A stretch of 64,000 nucleotides of DNA from Phycisphaeraceae bacterium (GCA_963674705.1 OY771506.1:4768001-4832000); one strand, 5' to 3'. Positions 21,061-31,562 are shown, counted from the stretch's first letter. Translations and numbers: made by a program. Notes: a model not told the origin generated them from the sequence alone.

Positions 21061-22311
21061 ATGCAAATGCAAGCCTCGACATACATCCGTACCGCAACGT
21101 TTTCATTAGCAATTGCCGGCCTGACGCTTTCCGCCGGTTCGGCAAACGCCGCACTGGTTGCCGCAGACAGCTTCCTTGATGGCGGCAGCGCACCCGATAC
21201 AACAGTAGGTCAATACCAAACCGACGGCTTCGGGGGTCTGGGCACCACCCTCCGCTCGCAGGATCCAACGGTTCTAGGCTTCGTGAATCCATGGGGTGGA
21301 ACCAGTAATACCGGTATCGGCTGGTACTCTACCGGCAACATCCTCACACGATCGACCGGATTGGACCTGGGCTATGGTTTCGAGCAGCCCGGTTCCATCG
21401 GATATCTGAATACACCCAATGACTTCCTCGTCCGGTTCATCCAGCGTGAACTTGACACCGCCTCCATCGCTCCAACCAGCACCTGGTATATGTCCGCTAT
21501 CGTCAATCCCGGCGGAGACCTGGGTGACGGCCGACAAGGCTTCCTCTACGCAGGTTTCACCAACGACCTGACAGACGGCCGGCTGTATCGAGACCCTGAT
21601 GATGATCCGGGAAATATCGGGAACCTGTTTGGTGCAGTTGTTGGTTTTGAAAAAGACTCGGCGAACAACGAAATGGACCTCGTCTTGCGTCACCGGCAGG
21701 ATATCGGCGGTAGTATCGAACCTGCCAGCAACATCTTGATTGATGGTGTTGTTGACCAGACCAGTTATGCGGTATTTTTGAAGATTGATGCGGTTGCGGG
21801 TGGCGTTGATACGATCAAGTACTGGGTCAATCCAGCAGGCAGCAGTGAAGCCGAATGGGACCTGACCAATGATGCCACTGGCACGCTATCGAGCTATGGC
21901 TTTAATTCAGATGCTGATAACTGGAACGCGCTGGACCTGGATATGAACCGTGCGGTTATCTCAACAGGCAACTGGAACGGCTCGATGAGCGTTGATGAAC
22001 TGCGTCTGGCAACAACTTTCGAGGACTTGCTGGGTCTTTCCACCAACATTGATGGTGACCTGAATAGTGATGGTTTCGTTGGCCTGGACGACTTGGATAT
22101 CGTGCTTAACAACTGGAATCAGAACGTAACACCTGGTGATTTACTTGCCGGGGATCCAAGCAACGATGGTTTCGTAGGTCTGGACGACTTGGATATCGTA
22201 CTTAACAACTGGAACGCTGGTACGCCCCCCACTTCAGGCATCGTCCCGGAACCCACAACCTTAGCACTATTCAGTTTCAGCGGGATTGCACTGCTCCGTC
22301 GACGTGATTGA
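21061..22311 (+). CDS. PEP-CTERM protein with dockerin-like module
   Basis: Signal peptide; duplicated GD(L/P)xxDGFVGLDDLDIVLNNWN; VPEPTT..LLRRRD. Confidence 0.88.
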   Translation: MQMQASTYIRTATFSLAIAGLTLSAGSANAALVAADSFLDGGSAPDTTVGQYQTDGFGGLGTTLRSQDPTVLGFVNPWGGTSNTGIGWYSTGNILTRSTGLDLGYGFEQPGSIGYLNTPNDFLVRFIQRELDTASIAPTSTWYMSAIVNPGGDLGDGRQGFLYAGFTNDLTDGRLYRDPDDDPGNIGNLFGAVVGFEKDSANNEMDLVLRHRQDIGGSIEPASNILIDGVVDQTSYAVFLKIDAVAGGVDTIKYWVNPAGSSEAEWDLTNDATGTLSSYGFNSDADNWNALDLDMNRAVISTGNWNGSMSVDELRLATTFEDLLGLSTNIDGDLNSDGFVGLDDLDIVLNNWNQNVTPGDLLAGDPSNDGFVGLDDLDIVLNNWNAGTPPTSGIVPEPTTLALFSFSGIALLRRRD

Positions 22312-22419
22312 ACCACAGACTCCCTGCCGCGGAATTAACCATCCGCGACAGGCTTTTACATACACCGTTGGGGAAGAACAATAGCCACTGTTACTTCTAT
22401 TCAGGACAGGACAGACGCA

Positions 22420-23244
22420 ATGCGCATGAACGCAGCCAAACACAACGGCTTTACACTCATCGAACTGCTGGTGGTCATCTCGATCATCGCTTTGCTGGTC
22501 GGCATTTTGCTGCCGGCGCTAGGCGCAGCGCGTAAGACAGCGCAGCGAGTGCAATGCTCTTCTCGTCTGCGTCAGGTAAACTTGGCATTAATCACATACA
22601 CAAACGATTACAATGGGCAATTCCCGACAAACTTCATCAAACCAGCCTCAGGTTTCGGTCAGCCAGCCGAACCTGCGTTCTGGTATGACAAGGAACGTAT
22701 CGGCGAATACTTGCCGGGCGTCGAGGAAGCCGGTACAGGCTCGATCGGCGGCGGCGTCCTGGCCTGCCCCGTGGATGAAGGCGCCGCACGCACATATGCG
22801 GTCAATATTCATTCCTCCAGCGACAAACTAGACACCGATCCCGATCGCTACTTCACAACCGGTTCGGTCAAACGCACCACATCCATGCTCCTTGCGACCG
22901 AAAGCTGGGCATACAACAACGACGGCAATGCGTTCTACGCCGATTCTGAGGTTGGTGGTTACCCAACCCCCTTTGATCCAGCAGCTTGGTTCGGCTATAA
23001 CGGCAGCGTGAATAAAGGCGGGTTGAAAGCCATGTTTGGTGCTGGCGTTAAAAGTGAAATCCGATACAACCTGCATGCTGATGCAGATAACGAGTCCTTC
23101 GAAGGGTCAGTGAACATGGCTTATGTCGATGGACACGTCTCCGTAAAAAGTGCAGGCGAACTGGTCGACACTTCAAGTGGTCGAAGTACCTATGACACAC
23201 TCTGGTCGGAAGTCGACGAGAAGCATGGTGTCACTGCACCGTAA
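22420..23244 (+). CDS. prepilin-type N-terminal cleavage/methylation protein with H-X9-DG-type C-terminus (DUF1559-like)
   Basis: [39 protein letters not shown]. Confidence 0.9.
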   Translation: MRMNAAKHNGFTLIELLVVISIIALLVGILLPALGAARKTAQRVQCSSRLRQVNLALITYTNDYNGQFPTNFIKPASGFGQPAEPAFWYDKERIGEYLPGVEEAGTGSIGGGVLACPVDEGAARTYAVNIHSSSDKLDTDPDRYFTTGSVKRTTSMLLATESWAYNNDGNAFYADSEVGGYPTPFDPAAWFGYNGSVNKGGLKAMFGAGVKSEIRYNLHADADNESFEGSVNMAYVDGHVSVKSAGELVDTSSGRSTYDTLWSEVDEKHGVTAP

Positions 23245-23269
23245 TAGGAAGATCTAAAGCGAACGTATC

Positions 23270-24910
23270 ATGTGTACCTCATTCCGGCTGATCGTTCTTA
23301 CACTGATTTTGCTGTGTGTGGTTACAACGTCACACGCAGCGGCGCCAGAAGTGCGGGCCACACTCCTGACTACGACCGGCCCGGACCATATCGCATCTGG
23401 CAACAATACCGCGCAGACTATGAGCCAGCTCCGTGATGTCGGACTCAATACCGTTTATGTCGAAACATGGAAAAATGGCTACACACAATTCCCCTCGCAG
23501 GTACTGGACGACCTGATCGGATACGATCGTTTGCCTACACTCGGTACCCGAGACCTTGTCGCTGAAACCGTTCTGGAAGCACACCGCAATCAACTGAATT
23601 ACATCGGCTGGTTCGAATATGGGCTTGCCAGCCAGTACATAGGTTCGGGTGGAGCGCCAAGTAATCCACTCTCGCAGTACATGATGAGTAACGGCTGGTT
23701 GCTACAGGATGTCAATGGCAACTTTGCCAACTCATCCAACGGGTACGCATGGATGAATCCTGCTGTACCTGAGGTCAGACAGCTCTTGGTAGACCTCACC
23801 GTCGAGGCGGTACAAAACTATGACCTGGATGGTGTGATGCACGACGACCGTCTGGCTTGGCCAAAGGAGTTCGGCTGGGATCAGACTACCAGGAACATCT
23901 ACTATGCTGAGACCGGCAACGTGCTGACTAACAACCCCAGCACCTACCAATTAAATTTATTTAACAACTGGCGACAGGGCAAAGTTCAATTACTTGCTCA
24001 AGAGCTATATGACGCTGTCAAGGCCATACGCCCGGATATTGTTTTCTCGGTGAGTCCGGCTATCACGCCTTGGGCAACGAGTAACTATATGGCCGACTGG
24101 CCCGATTGGGTCGACGCTGGGATCTTCGATGAGTACGCGCCACAAGTATATCGCGACAACTACGCATCCTATCTCAATGAAATGCCTAACCAGATCACGG
24201 CCATGCAGCCCGATGATATGGATAAACTCGTTCCCGCATTGCGCTCGGTCGGGTCAGGCGATCCAACGCCATACGCTGATCTGGAATTAATGATCGAACA
24301 CACACGCAGCATCGGTGCCGCCGGCCACGCCATCTGGTACAGTCAAGGCGTGCTGGATCTCTATGAATCCGAACTTACCACCTTCTATGATGTGGCAAAC
24401 CAAGGACCCGCCGAGAGCCCGATGTTTGAATTAGGCCACCGACCCACACCGCTTAACGGGAAATATGTGGGAGTGGGCGTCTGGGAATTTAACGTACCTG
24501 CAGATGGTGGCTATCAGATCATTGGCAAGCTGACGGGGGGCGACTGGGAATCGATCGACAGCATGCTGCTACCTGAAGGCTACTATCAGCTTTTTTTGCC
24601 TGGGTATGTTACGGTTGAAGCTCTCGTAGACCATCGTCCTGGTCTGAACCTGCAAGGTGATCTCAATGCAGACGGTTTCGTAGGCCTTGATGATCTGGAC
24701 ATCATACTAATCAATTGGAATATGACTATACCACCCGGTAACCCACTGGCAGATACCACCAAAGATGCCTACGTTGGCTTACAGGACCTTGATAGTGTAT
24801 TGAACAATTGGAACATTGGCACAACAACCTCAGCTAATTCTAATATTCCAGAACCAACTTCATGTGTATACGTCGGGTTCCTTGCTTTTCAGTTTCTAAT
24901 ACGAAAATAA
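23270..24910 (+). CDS. GHL10 glycoside hydrolase with dockerin-like module and PEP-CTERM
   Basis: NTVYVETWKNG, GWFEYG, WMNP, YDLDGVMHDD; GDLNADGFVGLDDL; IPEPTS tail. Confidence 0.87.
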   Translation: MCTSFRLIVLTLILLCVVTTSHAAAPEVRATLLTTTGPDHIASGNNTAQTMSQLRDVGLNTVYVETWKNGYTQFPSQVLDDLIGYDRLPTLGTRDLVAETVLEAHRNQLNYIGWFEYGLASQYIGSGGAPSNPLSQYMMSNGWLLQDVNGNFANSSNGYAWMNPAVPEVRQLLVDLTVEAVQNYDLDGVMHDDRLAWPKEFGWDQTTRNIYYAETGNVLTNNPSTYQLNLFNNWRQGKVQLLAQELYDAVKAIRPDIVFSVSPAITPWATSNYMADWPDWVDAGIFDEYAPQVYRDNYASYLNEMPNQITAMQPDDMDKLVPALRSVGSGDPTPYADLELMIEHTRSIGAAGHAIWYSQGVLDLYESELTTFYDVANQGPAESPMFELGHRPTPLNGKYVGVGVWEFNVPADGGYQIIGKLTGGDWESIDSMLLPEGYYQLFLPGYVTVEALVDHRPGLNLQGDLNADGFVGLDDLDIILINWNMTIPPGNPLADTTKDAYVGLQDLDSVLNNWNIGTTTSANSNIPEPTSCVYVGFLAFQFLIRK

Positions 24911-24939
24911 CAAGATAATCTCTATTGTACATGTCGGGA

Positions 24940-25064
24940 TGTAATCCCCCCCATTCTTAGCGCATATAAAAGTATAGGGGTTCATGCTCCGTGGGGGTTA
25001 GGGGAGGCGAGATGCTGAGGCCGGAGGGCGGGGCGCAGCCCCGAACGGAGGGCTCGGCATCTCG
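24940..25064 (+). repeat. 85-bp direct repeat, copy 2, extended by a nested GC-rich hairpin
   Basis: 24940-25024 matches 7881-7965; CGAGATGCTGAG pairs with CTCGGCATCTCG around CGGGGC-GCA-GCCCCG. Confidence 0.8.
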
Positions 25065-25075
25065 AAACGGTTTGC

Positions 25076-26604
25076 TCATATCGGGCAAGGTAACCCGCCG
25101 GCGTCTGGCCCGTTGAAAGGCACACCTGAAAGCGCGAGGTTCAGTGAAGTGGGGATCGCCATGCGCATATAATACTCGTTGGAATAGTTATCGCCCGTCC
25201 ACAAAGCCGCATAACGATTGATCGACATACTGCCGCTGCGTGATAAGACAAACGGCCGGGCGTCGGGGTGAATTTGCCGAAGCGCAGTATGTGTTGCCTT
25301 GGCCATCCCATTGGCGTATTGGTTGTGATAGGCCTCTTGTGGGAGCTTACCTCGGTCAAAACGCATCTCGCCATTTTCACTCGGGCCTGTGGATGGATCG
25401 TTCATGTCAATCCACACGCCGGTGATGCCTAGCTCCGCAACACACTTCTGTGTCCAGTTAGCCCACCAGTCGCGCCCTTCCTGCATGGAAAAGTCGGGGA
25501 ACACCTTGGTGCCCGGCCAGACAAACCCGACGAAGTCCCCACCCGCCGGATTCTTGCAGAAAACGCCCGCTTTCTTGCCGGACTTATACCCGTCGAAGTG
25601 CCGATCGACCTTCACGCCCGGATCGAGGATCGGCAACACGCGCCGACCTCGCGATTGCAACTCTGTAATCTGATCTTTTAGCTTCGCCAGTGTTTGTCAT
25701 CCCAGCTAAACACACGGAAACCGCTCATGTAATCGATGTCGAGCCATAAGCCATCGTTCGGGATGCCGTGTCTAGCGCAGGCTTTGTCGATACGATCCAG
25801 ATCCTTGTAACCAGCGTAACCCCATCGGCATTGGTGGTGGCCCAGCGCCCATAGCGGCGGCAGCGGGGTCGTGCCAACGAGACACTGTAACTTGCATGTC
25901 AACTCACGTAGCGTTGGGCCAACAATGAAGAACACATCAGGATGACCGTCCGGCGCACCGATATAGAAGCGTGATTTACTCCGATTGCCGTCATCAGCGT
26001 TGGCTTGATCAGCGATGCGGACTTTTGGATTGATCGACATGAAGACCGCACATGGATTGTTCACCAAGACGCCGGCAAAGCGGTTGCCGCGTTTGATGAT
26101 CAGATACGGGATGGAGACATATAGCGGATCGGGCACGCGGTGGATAATGTGATCATTGTCGAAGTCAGCCCAGACGTCGGTGTTCCAGAATTTAGTAAAT
26201 CGCCCGGAATGTTCAATGCCCCATGCCTTCTCACCCAAGCCATAAAATCGCATCGCCTTGTTGTGCTCAAACTGCATCATCCAGGCCTACCCCGACACGC
26301 CGAACACACGCCCCGATTCGGAATTCAGCAACACGCGGCCTTTGGTATCTCGCAAGCAGAAACCGCTGGACGGGCGCATCTCACTAAATGATTTTGTAGC
26401 CCTATCGAAGTTGAGATCGAACTCAGCCTGACTTGGATTCTTCGGCCAACGACGTTCACGGATGCTGAGCCGATGGACGTCTTCGCCCAGATGTATCCAT
26501 CTCCGCCGAAAGGTCTTGCCGGCTATCTTCCAGCCGGTCGCCGTGCAATCACGAGCGACTGGAAAGACAAAATTTTCAGGCTGATGACATTTATGAAAGT
26601 ACAT
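25076..26604 (-). pseudogene. GH31 alpha-glucosidase pseudogene
   Basis: FYGLGEK, PPLWALGHHQCRWGY, WLDIDYM, WIDMNDP, WTGDN spread over three ORFs; in-frame TAG at 26287-26289, frameshift near 25678, C-terminus lost after GPDAGG. Confidence 0.88.
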
Positions 26605-26651
26605 AATAAAAAATCACAGCAGGGAGACGACGATGCTAGCCAGCCTCGTCA

Positions 26652-29600
26652 TCAATTCTCCGCGCCTAATGGGATGGCAGGTACGTGCGAGACGTTCCAC
26701 AGCCGAACGTTGAAGCCCCATTCGCCTGTCCCCTGGCTAACGCGTGCAACAATCCGGTGCTTCCCTTTGCCGAGTTTCACACGCGCTACATCTTCATCCG
26801 GTGTAAACGCCCGGGGATTCTCCGCATCGATTACACACTCACCATCAACCCACAGCACCAACCCATCGTCCGATCCACAGCGTAGTTCGATCTCGGTCGG
26901 CGAGTCCAGATCAAAACTCGTTGTGCAGTAGGCCATGATGTGATGGTCTTGTGACAACTGCTTCAGATCATACCAACCAAGTGATTGATCAGCGACGAGT
27001 GGTTGCCACATCATGCCCGCAACGCGATCGGGCAGAGGTTGTTGGTTGACTATCGCGTCTTCAATAATTGATTGCCCGTTGACGTCTTGTTTGGCGTTGT
27101 AGGCGAACGGGCCAATGCATCGCCAATCAAGCGAGAATCCCACGTTTGCCACCTCGCCCTGCTCAGGACGGTCTTTGCTATAAGCACTCGCGTCGGCAAG
27201 CGCATCGGTCAGGCCAGCAACAGGATTCCCTTGAGGATCTGTTATGCGCGCGACCATTGCCCAGCCGTACTCTCCCTGTGCGACTTTGATCAGCAGGCGA
27301 TTGACACCTTTCTTGAATGTCGTATCGATGATGTCCTGATCGGGTTGCGCCGCGCGATCGTAGCTTTGAGCTATCAGCATCTCACCATTGACCCAAAGTG
27401 ATAACGTGTCATCCGTGCCGAGGCGCAGCTGTACAGGCTGATCACGATCGCTATGTATCAGGGCGGTTGCATAGGCGTAAGCATTAGTCTGCTGCCCAAA
27501 CAGAGCGTTAAAATCCAGGCCGTCCATCTCGGCGACTTGCTCGGGATCGACGGCTTCCCAACGAAGCAGTCCGACGGGTGTCTTGAACTGCGATTTAGGA
27601 CCGAAGGACCATTCGGCAGCGGCTGTGGCAGCAAAGGCTTGGGCCTTGGAGGAGGCGGGGAATGGCCCGGCAACCAGCCAGGTCGGTGAAACGATCAGCG
27701 CCGCCTCAGCACGGCCGTAGGTAATACCGTTGGAACGCGCCAAGATCTCGGCACGTACATCGCCGACATACCCTTCAGATACCGCAAACGGAACGAGAAA
27801 CTCAAAGTCCCTGCACTCACCCGGTTCAAGCCAGAATACCCCCCCACCAGCATGCTTGGTCATCATTTCACGCGGCAATGACAGATCCATGTTGACACGA
27901 CAACCTTTTGCTGTCGCATTCGTCACCCGACCCGTGATGCGACCGCCTTTCGTCTCCACACGCAAATACGGATCATCCACTTCAACCCGGATCAGGTCAT
28001 GCCAACTGATCTCACCCCGAGTTAATAGTGAATCCTGGCTATCCTGCTCAATATACAGTTCATAAACCTGCCTGCGCCCAACCGCCGCCGCGACATCAGA
28101 CGGGGTCAGGTCCACCCAGGCCTGACCAGCGGGTGACATTTTCAACGACGCATCGTAAACATCGCCCGGCGCATCGGCGAAGTACCATCGTGCTTTGTAC
28201 GTCGAACCCGTCGCCACGGATTTTCTAAAACGCAACAGCACAGGATCGCCTTGGGGAAGCCCCCGCAACGGGGCCTGGACATTTCGGACCATCGGCAGTT
28301 CAGACGACTGCGCATCGGCAAAAACAACTTGCTGTGCAGCGGACCCGACGCGGACAAACAACGGCGCATCCACCATGCCGATCGGCACGCTGTATTCCCC
28401 CGGGCCTTCAAATACCATTGCGGATAGCGCGTGCCGCCACTGCCCATCAGGGAAGTGAACGATTCGACCGGTCGCGCCTTCTCGCATAACCGGCGCGACA
28501 AGCATGTCGCTGCCAAGCATGTACTGATCGGGCACAGCCGCGCCGTCGTGTTTACCGGTGACAAAGAACATCGGGCGCATGATGGGCATACCGGTCCTTG
28601 CAGCTTCCCGGCCGAGGTCTTCAAGCAAAGGCCGGATCGTGGCGCGGAGTGCAGCGAGCTTCCGGTAAGCCACGATCGCCTCTTCACCGAAGTGCCAAGG
28701 CTCGCGCGGCTCGATGCCGTGAAACTGCATGAATGGACTAAGCGCGCCAAACTGCAACCAGCGGATGTACAGTTCGGGTGTGCAGTGGCCATAATACCCG
28801 CCGATGTCGTGGCCCCAGAACGGCATACCGGAAATACCTGTGCTAAGACCCGCCGGGATCAGCCTGCGCATCTGCGACCATTCAGCGCCTTGGTCGCCTG
28901 CCCAAAGCCCGGGGGATTCTTCGATGTGAGTGCTGCCACTACGCGCCCAGATCATGCCGTCGCTGCCCACGAGTTGGTAGGTCGCTTGGTTGTACACCGT
29001 TGAGTAGAGATTATGACCATCCCAACCCCGCCTACCATTACTCATTACATCGGTTGGCTTGATCGCTTCGCCGTCGTCGGCCTTGAAACCGGCTACACCG
29101 AGTTCAACGACCGGACGCATCATCTGTTTATAAAACTCGATAGCACGATCGTTCGTGAAGTCGATATTGGCAAACCCAGCCAACCATTCTTCGCGAAGGC
29201 TGACATTCCCCTCGGGATCAAGCACGAGGAACCCCTGCTCTTTTGCCTGGGCGAACCACGGCGAGGACGGATGAAGGATCGGGACCTGCCATAGCACAAC
29301 CTTTACATTCTCACGTTTACAGCGTGCAAAGAATCCCTCGACGTCGGGCCAACGCGCCCTATCAAAACGATTGAATTCTCCGGTCTCACTCGGGCCTTTC
29401 CATGCTTCGAGCACGATCACACCAAAGGGCAGACGTAATGCCTGCATCTTGTCCATCACAGCCTCAGCCTCGGCCTGCGTCTCATAGCTGTTCTTGCTGA
29501 TCCACGGGGCATAGGCCCAATCCGGCGCGGGATCGCGACCGACCAGGTTGTCACCGAACATGACGTCGTAACGCGATTGGATCATCGACGGGACGTCGGG

Positions 29601-30254
29601 GCCAAAAGTCACCCAGAAGTAAATACTGTTGCCGGTAAATCTGTATCGATGCCAGCCGTCACCGTTGCTATTGAGATCAAAGTCACCTTCGGGATTGTTA
29701 AAGGCAAAGAAGCCATAACCAGCCGAGGAGTAAATCACGGGTGTGACAAAGTAGGATGCGCTACCGTCGCCCTGCCCGGGCTCATCAACGATCCACATAC
29801 CGATCTTGCGGCCGGCGACGTTGAGCGCGTCAAATCGTTCGCCCAGGCCGTAAAGCGCCTCATAGTCAGTTGCGCGCCATGCGACTTCGATGCCGGGGAC
29901 ATCGGCTCGCCCGTAAGTCTCAAGTTTTCGGATTCGGGCGATCCACTGCTTGCCGCTCTTGTGTGTGATGTGCAGTTCCTGCTTGTCTGAGTCGAACCGG
30001 ATCGTGCATTCGCCGCGGGTGATCGTTTCGTTAGTAGCAGTCTCGTCTAATGGAGCGTTCCATGCGAACAGTTGGACATAAACCGTATCGGGGTGATCAG
30101 TGTTGTCATCGCCAACCCCCACACGCAGCCCCCCACCGAAGTCGTGGAATCTCGAGATTTCGCGGTCTTCGTACTGGGCGTTGGCAGACGAGAGGCCCAG
30201 CAGGACCACAACGACATAAATGAAGTATTTAGCTGCTGCTGGGTACCAGTTCAT
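26652..30254 (-). CDS. secreted multidomain GH31 glycoside hydrolase with two C-terminal PA14-like beta-sandwich repeats
   Basis: LYGLGERF, GFKADDGE, WAGDQ, WGHDIGGY, QYMLGSDMLVAPV; repeats LGTDD..WVNG and CGSDD..WVDG; signal peptide from ATG 30254 (ORF open to 30302). Confidence 0.85.
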   Translation of the reverse strand: MNWYPAAAKYFIYVVVVLLGLSSANAQYEDREISRFHDFGGGLRVGVGDDNTDHPDTVYVQLFAWNAPLDETATNETITRGECTIRFDSDKQELHITHKSGKQWIARIRKLETYGRADVPGIEVAWRATDYEALYGLGERFDALNVAGRKIGMWIVDEPGQGDGSASYFVTPVIYSSAGYGFFAFNNPEGDFDLNSNGDGWHRYRFTGNSIYFWVTFGPDVPSMIQSRYDVMFGDNLVGRDPAPDWAYAPWISKNSYETQAEAEAVMDKMQALRLPFGVIVLEAWKGPSETGEFNRFDRARWPDVEGFFARCKRENVKVVLWQVPILHPSSPWFAQAKEQGFLVLDPEGNVSLREEWLAGFANIDFTNDRAIEFYKQMMRPVVELGVAGFKADDGEAIKPTDVMSNGRRGWDGHNLYSTVYNQATYQLVGSDGMIWARSGSTHIEESPGLWAGDQGAEWSQMRRLIPAGLSTGISGMPFWGHDIGGYYGHCTPELYIRWLQFGALSPFMQFHGIEPREPWHFGEEAIVAYRKLAALRATIRPLLEDLGREAARTGMPIMRPMFFVTGKHDGAAVPDQYMLGSDMLVAPVMREGATGRIVHFPDGQWRHALSAMVFEGPGEYSVPIGMVDAPLFVRVGSAAQQVVFADAQSSELPMVRNVQAPLRGLPQGDPVLLRFRKSVATGSTYKARWYFADAPGDVYDASLKMSPAGQAWVDLTPSDVAAAVGRRQVYELYIEQDSQDSLLTRGEISWHDLIRVEVDDPYLRVETKGGRITGRVTNATAKGCRVNMDLSLPREMMTKHAGGGVFWLEPGECRDFEFLVPFAVSEGYVGDVRAEILARSNGITYGRAEAALIVSPTWLVAGPFPASSKAQAFAATAAAEWSFGPKSQFKTPVGLLRWEAVDPEQVAEMDGLDFNALFGQQTNAYAYATALIHSDRDQPVQLRLGTDDTLSLWVNGEMLIAQSYDRAAQPDQDIIDTTFKKGVNRLLIKVAQGEYGWAMVARITDPQGNPVAGLTDALADASAYSKDRPEQGEVANVGFSLDWRCIGPFAYNAKQDVNGQSIIEDAIVNQQPLPDRVAGMMWQPLVADQSLGWYDLKQLSQDHHIMAYCTTSFDLDSPTEIELRCGSDDGLVLWVDGECVIDAENPRAFTPDEDVARVKLGKGKHRIVARVSQGTGEWGFNVRLWNVSHVPAIPLGAEN

Positions 30255-30320
30255 CGAGTTGGACCTTCGTTTGCTAACGCCCATCATCGCATAATTTTTC
30301 AAGTAGCGGGCGAATAACCG

Positions 30321-30350
30321 TTGACTAAATGCATTTAATCGTGCTATATT
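30321..30350 (+). promoter_or_regulatory. sigma70-type promoter overlapped by LacI-type operator TAAATGCATTTA
   Basis: TTGACT (30321-26), 18-nt spacer, TGn-TATATT (30345-50); perfect palindrome 30326-30337. Confidence 0.6.
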
Positions 30351-30442
30351 CCACTTGTCAAGCGTATTTATGGGGCCAGGAACGATTTAATTCATTTTTT
30401 ATAAATGACTTATGATCTTGAATCTCTGTGGCAAATAAACGG

Positions 30443-31492
30443 ATGGCAACTAAACAAACATCCAAACCGGCGAAACGCGTCACCTCCATCAGTGGATTGG
30501 CGAAACATGTCGGCGTATCGCCCACCACGGTCTCGTTCGTCTTAAACGGCCAGGCCAAGCAACGCAAGATCGCACCGGCGACGGCGAAACGCGTCATGGA
30601 TGCCGCCAAGGAACTGGACTACGTGCCCAATGTCCTGGCACGTGGACTAAGACAAAACAAGACGCAGGCCATCGGCGTGGTCTTCCCACACCTGCGCAGC
30701 GACTGGGCTCACCGGATCATGAAAGGCATCAGCGAGGTCCTCGGTGATACCGGAGCCATACCCCTGATCGTCTGTCACTATGGCTCAGCCGATCTGGAAG
30801 GCGAACTGTTGCGCTCGCTGGTCGAACGACGGGTCGATGGCATCCTCTGCAACCCACTGCCCGACGGTGCACCGCGATATCGGCAGGTCAAGGACTGGGG
30901 CGTACCCTTGGTGCTGATGGGTGATGCGCCACGCGGTTTGGAAGACATCAGTTATGCAGCGTGGGACCCGGCCGCAGTCGGTTTAGCCACAAAACACCTT
31001 ATTAAACTAGGCCATAAGCGGATTGTGTATCTGGGTATCCGAGACAACCGCAAAATGGCGACAACCAGCCGGCATATGTTCTGCGATGCCATGGAAGAAG
31101 CGCATCTCGATTGCATGCGTCGCAACCTGATCCTCAACGAACCGGGCGAGGACTTCGAGGAACAGGTAATACGAATGCTGGACAAGGACGATGCACCGAC
31201 AGCGCTGTTCGTGCTGTATGACGACATCGCCATCAGTTTGTTAGATCGTTTATCCGCACGGGGGATACGTTGTCCGGAAGATATTTCAATTGCAACAATC
31301 GGCGGCTCGCCACTGGTCTCGGCACCGGGCTACGAGATCACAACAGTGCGTCCGCCTGTGGAGGAAGAAGGGCGCGTGGGTGCCGAGTGCTTGCTGCAGG
31401 TAATCGAAAACCCGCAGCGTGGCCCGATCCACCGCCTGGTGCCCGGCGGCCGGCTGGTCGAAGGCAAAACAACAGCCCCGCCGTCCAAATAA
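30443..31492 (+). CDS. LacI family transcriptional regulator
   Basis: LAKHVGVSPTTVSFVLNG, YVPNVLARGL, LGHKRIVY, PEDISI. Confidence 0.93.
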   Translation: MATKQTSKPAKRVTSISGLAKHVGVSPTTVSFVLNGQAKQRKIAPATAKRVMDAAKELDYVPNVLARGLRQNKTQAIGVVFPHLRSDWAHRIMKGISEVLGDTGAIPLIVCHYGSADLEGELLRSLVERRVDGILCNPLPDGAPRYRQVKDWGVPLVLMGDAPRGLEDISYAAWDPAAVGLATKHLIKLGHKRIVYLGIRDNRKMATTSRHMFCDAMEEAHLDCMRRNLILNEPGEDFEEQVIRMLDKDDAPTALFVLYDDIAISLLDRLSARGIRCPEDISIATIGGSPLVSAPGYEITTVRPPVEEEGRVGAECLLQVIENPQRGPIHRLVPGGRLVEGKTTAPPSK

Positions 31493-31534
31493 CGAAACTG
31501 ATTGGCATAGGCGGGTGAAGTACTCGTGATATAC

Positions 31535-31546
31535 TAAATGGATTTA
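31535..31546. promoter_or_regulatory. second LacI-type operator candidate TAAATGGATTTA
   Basis: One mismatch to the 30326 palindrome; 16 nt upstream of the prepilin start. Confidence 0.55.
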
Positions 31547-31562
31547 CCCGCTTGGAGCTACC

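Noticed and set aside
26287..26289. In-frame TAG codons (GH31 here, IS3 orfA at 39382) as possible recoding
   Set aside because: Both genes show other signs of decay, and TAG ends intact genes elsewhere in the window (e.g. 18532, 61207).
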